A DNA stretch of 12,749 nt, from positions 1 to 12,749 of the forward strand of contig CAVRJG010000009.1 of NCBI GenBank assembly GCA_963721455.1, given 5' to 3'. Below, piece by piece: positions 8,518 to 12,749 of the stretch. A program made the translations under genes and the position numbers. How positions within the stretch are numbered: the first letter of the stretch is position 1; the number at the start of each line of letters is the position of its first letter. Origin of the DNA: an uncultured Methanosarcinaceae archaeon (lineage in GTDB: Archaea > Halobacteriota > Methanosarcinia > Methanosarcinales > Methanosarcinaceae). The notes under the pieces are model-generated. The model saw nothing but the letters and a program-made list of their open reading frames with translations, was not told where the DNA came from and did no database searches.

Positions 8518-9808
8518 GAAACTCCCAGTGGTCCCTGAATTTTCAAAAGAAGCTCTTGAAGAAGCTGGAAAATTTCTGCATGATGATAAAATTGCAGAGT
8601 TAGCCCATAGATACAATGAAAGGTATCTGCACTGGGAGGAGTTAAAGCACAGGAAACTTCCCCTCGACCCGGTTATAATATGGAATTTTATGAAAATTTC
8701 AAGGAAATTAAAGGCGAGATCTCTAGAGTTTGGGGACTGGGTTTTCAAGTATAATTTAATAGACGAATTTCAGGAAAAACTTCATATTCTGGATAAATCC
8801 GCAGCAGGAAATCTTCTCAGCAGTCTTGAAGCCTTGCAGGACAATAGAAGAAAATACATAATCAGTTCCCTGATGGAAGAAGCAATAGCTTCAAGCCAGA
8901 TAGAAGGGGCAGCAACTACAAGGGAAATTGCAAAACGGATGCTGCAGGAAAACAGAAAGCCCAAAAATAAAGACGAAAAAATGATTGTAAACAATTACGC
9001 TACAGTGAAGCATATCGTGGATTTAAAAAACGAAGCCATCACCCCGGATAAAATCCTTGAAATCCACAGGATGATTACAAACGGAACCCTTGAAAAACCC
9101 GAATACGAAGGCAATTTCAGAGAAAACAACGAGATTGCAGTTTATTCCCATGACGGGACACTGCTTCACAAACCTGTAGAATACCCTGAAATTCCGAAAT
9201 TGATTAATGAATTGTGTGATTTTGCCAACAGCAAGGATGAAGATTTCATTCATCCGGTTCTAAAGGGAATAATCATTCATTTCCTGATCGGATACATCCA
9301 CCCCTTCAACGACGGCAACGGCAGGACCGCACGGGCTCTTTTCTACTGGTATCTTCTTAAAAATGACTACTGGCTTTTCGAGTACATGGCAGTATCAAAA
9401 GTAATAAATAATTCGAAAAAGCAGTACAGAAATGCCTACCTCTACACCGAATCCGACAGAACCCCGAACGATTCCGGCGACCTCACATACTTCATCAAAT
9501 ACAATCTTGACTGTATTAAAAAAGCCCTTGACGACATCCTCGAATACCTGGAAAGAAAACAAAAAGAGCAGTCTCAAGCCTTAAAAATCATAACCGAATC
9601 AGGGGATCTGACTTTAAGGCAGGCAGAAATCCTCAAGCAGTTCTTAAAGCAGCCTGAAAAACCCATCACAATTAAAGAAATAGTGACCACTTACAGCGTG
9701 GCATACGCCACTGCCAGAAGTGACCTGTTCAATCTTGAAAAGTTGGGTTACGTTGAAAAAAGGAAGGCTGGAAAAGAGTTTATTTTTATATTCAAGAAGA
9801 TTGATTGA
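8516..9808 (+). CDS. Fic family protein (AMP transferase), class II-type, with C-terminal winged-HTH-like domain
   Basis: Canonical HPFNDGNGRTAR (about 9299-9334). The autoinhibitory (S/T)xxxE(G/N) motif SSQIEG lies N-terminal to the core. The C-terminus LTLRQAEILK...ITIKEIVTTYSVAYATARSDLFNLEKLGYVEK has a wHTH pattern. Confidence 0.95.
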   Translation: MKLPVVPEFSKEALEEAGKFLHDDKIAELAHRYNERYLHWEELKHRKLPLDPVIIWNFMKISRKLKARSLEFGDWVFKYNLIDEFQEKLHILDKSAAGNLLSSLEALQDNRRKYIISSLMEEAIASSQIEGAATTREIAKRMLQENRKPKNKDEKMIVNNYATVKHIVDLKNEAITPDKILEIHRMITNGTLEKPEYEGNFRENNEIAVYSHDGTLLHKPVEYPEIPKLINELCDFANSKDEDFIHPVLKGIIIHFLIGYIHPFNDGNGRTARALFYWYLLKNDYWLFEYMAVSKVINNSKKQYRNAYLYTESDRTPNDSGDLTYFIKYNLDCIKKALDDILEYLERKQKEQSQALKIITESGDLTLRQAEILKQFLKQPEKPITIKEIVTTYSVAYATARSDLFNLEKLGYVEKRKAGKEFIFIFKKID

Positions 9809-9823
9809 GGTTTTAGGGTGCTT

Positions 9824-9873
9824 TGTTATCAGAATCTATCAAATTGATAGAACATGACAAAAATTAATAGACA
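9824..9873. repeat. Sixth copy of the phased-repeat/palindrome element just after the fic stop (centre 9843)
   Basis: TGTTATCAGA ATCTATCAAA TTGATAGAAC ATGACAAAAA TTAATAGACA. Confidence 0.92.
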
Positions 9874-10000
9874 AGAAGGAGTGCTTCTAGGCCATCTAGT
9901 CCACAAATTAATCCTGTTTTGACTCGGGCAGGCTGAGACTTTTAAAACTCTTTTTGAAAGCTCCTGAAAATCTCGCACAATTATGCTACATCAATAACAA

Positions 10001-10076
10001 ATGAAAAAATTAATACACATCTACTCATACTTTAATTGCTTCTCCATAACTTAACCAATTTCTGAGATCTGAGGTA
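10001..10076 (+). promoter_or_regulatory. Putative BRE/TATA and RBS of the HD-ATPase gene
   Basis: Purine-rich GAAAAAA is followed by TTAATA (10010-10015). GAGGT at 10071-10075 precedes ATG 10079. Confidence 0.4.
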
Positions 10077-10078
10077 CT

Positions 10079-12716
10079 ATGTCTGAACCATTGCCAGTTG
10101 AAATCACTAGAACAGGAATTTGGCAGCGTACACTTGCTTATCAAGAAGGAGATATAGATTCATTGTCAAAAGGCAGATTAAGAAATGCTTTCATAATGTT
10201 TCGAGAACGGGCAGAAATGCTTTCAAAAGAGATTTCTCGGGATTTGCCGGAATTTACTGTTCATGATATTACGCATATAGACGCCTTATGGGAATTGGCT
10301 AACCTAATAATTGGCCCTGATAACCACTTGACGCCTGCTGAAGCTTTTGTTCTTGGGGGAGCTTTTCTAATTCATGATCTTGGAATGGGACTAGCTGCTT
10401 ATCCAGAAGGAAAAGAAGCTTTACATAAAAATGATCGTTGGAATGATACAATTACTTACTTTTTAAAGGAAAAACTCGGACGTTTTCCAACAAAGGAAGA
10501 AATTGATATTCTTGATGAAGATATTGAAGATAAAGCGATTGGAGAAGTATTGCGTATCCTTCATGCAGAGAAAGCTGAAGAGTTGGCTTTTGTTGAATGG
10601 AAAGACGAATCATCCAGTCCAACAAGCTATCACCTTATAGAAGATCCAGAAATTCGCAATATATATGGATCAATTATAGGTAAAATAGCTCATAGTCATT
10701 GGTGGCCGGTTAAAAGATTAGATGAAGAATTTCAGACAATTCTTGGAGCTCCCTCAATTTTCCCAAATGAATGGTCAGTAGATCCGCTGAAACTTGCCTG
10801 CATTTTACGCTTGGCAGATGCGAGCCATCTTGATAGCTCAAGAGCTCCTGGATTCCTGGAAGCATTACGTAAACCTTCAAAGTATTCTAGTGAGCATTGG
10901 AAGTTTCAAGAAAAATTAAATAAGCCAAGAGTGGAATCGGATAGATTACTGTTTACTTCAGGAAATTCGTTTTCAATTGATGATTTCAATTCATGGTGGC
11001 TATGCTACGATACCCTACGCATGGTTAATCGAGAGTTTGGAGAAGTAGACGCTCTTCTTGCGGATAAGAATAAACTCAGATTTCGGGTCAGAAGTGTGGC
11101 AGGGATTGAAGACCCCGACCGTCTAGAAAGATTAATACCAACAAAAGGTTGGGTTCCTGTAGATGCAAGCATAAAGGTCTCAAATGTCTCATCTTTGGTT
11201 CACAAGCTTGGAGGTGAACAACTTTACGGAAAAAATAACACTATTCCTCTTCGGGAGTTAATTCAAAATTCGATAGATGCTATCAAAGCGAGAAGAATTC
11301 TTGATAATAGACCAGATGGACTGGGGAGATATAACTGTCCGGTCAGGAAAAGATTCTGAAGGTTATTGGATTGAAATAGAAGACAATGGCATTGGAATGT
11401 CTTCAGAGATCTTAAAAGGTCCTTTTTTAGACTTCGGAAATTCCTCTTGGGGATCTCGATTAATGCGTGAAGAACATCCTGGCTTATTAGCAAAAGGATT
11501 TCAGTCTATAGGTAGATATGGGATAGGTTTTTTTTCAGTTTTCATGTGGGGTAAACATGTTCAGGTTATTACACGACGTTATGATTATGCTCAGCAAGAT
11601 ACGATAGTATTGGAATTTAGTGGTGGTGTTGAATCTCGCCCAATATTAAGGAAAGCTCAAAGGAATGAATTTTTAAGGGATGGTGGTACGCGTGTTCGTG
11701 TTTGGATGGAAGACGAACTACAATTTGACATTCCGAAACTTTACTATAAGCAGGAACCGAACCTTGACAAAATTTGCTCTATTATTGCTCCAAGTATAGA
11801 AGTAAATCTATATATCCAAGAAAGAGAGGAAAAAATACCGAGAAAGATAATTTCTGCGTCTGATTGGGTTAATTTAGACAGTAAGAAGCTTTTTAATAGA
11901 GTTTTAGTTTATTCTGAAAACGAAATTACAGATAGTACTAACTTTTTAAATGTCATATGTGAAAATATAAAACCTTTGAAAGATGCTGAAACAAAATTAT
12001 TGCTCGAGCGTGTATTGTACCCTATAATGAAAATGGAAGATTAAAAGGTATTGTTACTGTTGGTGGTTTATACTCATGTACAATGAACAATATAGTTGGA
12101 ATATTTATGGGCGACTCAAATACTGCCTCCGAAATTGATGCTGAACCTATTATTAGTATTCAAGAACTTCATAGATGGGCAACTGAACAATCACATTTAG
12201 TTTCTAAAATGTATGATAATGGAGAACTTAGTTGAATGTGCTTCAGTAATAAGAGCACTTGGTGCTGACATTGGGAATCTTCCAGTAGCCTACTCAGAAA
12301 GTGGATGGAAGAACTCAGAAGAAATATCTAAATGGGCTAGAGAATATGACGAAATTATTTTCCTTCAGGATGAAGATTATTATATTCAGAGTCAGAAATA
12401 CAAAGAACTTAAAGTTCACAAAAACGTTCTGGTAGTAGCTGGTTGGTCTCCATCTCTCTTGAACTCTGAAGGACATTTTAGATGGCCAACATTAATTAAT
12501 GAATGGCCCGGAGAGTTTTGGTTTTACAAGAGAACAATGGAAGGAGTGGTTATTGAAGTCTTAGCAAAAGCTTGGTCTATTTCATTATCAGATATATTAT
12601 CAGTATCAAAATTTTCAGGGGATATTAGTTATGAGAGAGAAATAGGCATTGGGGATGGAAAATCAGTAATCAAAAGCGTAGATATAATTAAAAATCCAAA
12701 GAACTTTAGGATTTAA
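10079..12716 (+). pseudogene. HD-domain + HSP90-like GHKL ATPase fusion (~878 aa reconstructed), interrupted by three 1-nt frameshifts (pseudogene or sequencing error)
   Basis: HD motifs: FTVHDITH, LIHDLGM, HSHW, LRLADASH. GHKL boxes: LRELIQNSIDA, IEDNGIGMS, IGRYGIGFFS, GGTRV. Shifts occur at about 11318 (+1, RPD/DWGD), 11989-11991 (-1, KDAE/NKIIARAC) and 12221 (+1, MYDN/ENLVEC). The segment 11990-12235, absent from the ORF track, is open (NKIIARACIVPYNENGRLKGIVTVGGL...WATEQSHLV). Confidence 0.88.
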
Positions 12717-12749
12717 CTTTAAAATTGTAGAAAAAACTAAAGAGAAAAT

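Noticed and set aside
8479-9577. Minus-strand ORFs within fic
   Set aside because: Antisense shadows of a gene with canonical motifs.
11277-12235. Programmed ribosomal frameshifting in the HD-ATPase gene
   Set aside because: Three separate shifts in both directions would be needed, and I saw no canonical slippery heptamer with a stimulatory structure at the junctions.

Overview
AT-rich archaeal-style accessory region. Gene content and style suggest Methanosarcina or a relative (inference). Left to right: a PD-(D/E)XK nuclease gene, probably 5'-partial and frameshifted; a convergent, truncated and frameshifted remnant resembling the C-terminus of a casposon-type family B DNA polymerase; an intact group II PLP-dependent decarboxylase; a TPR protein with an N-terminal 4-Cys (HiPIP-like) motif; a membrane-anchored protein with three Ig/PKD-like repeats; two tandemly duplicated ~70-aa membrane proteins; a CX5R protein phosphatase; a divergent Fic-HTH protein; and an HD-domain + HSP90/GHKL-ATPase fusion split by three single-base frameshifts (about 878 aa when reconstructed). 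The main unexplained signal is six same-orientation copies of a non-coding element: 10-bp-phased ATCTATCAAA direct repeats ending in the palindrome TCTATCAA-A-TTGATAGA. The copies bracket the phosphatase gene and the fic gene individually.
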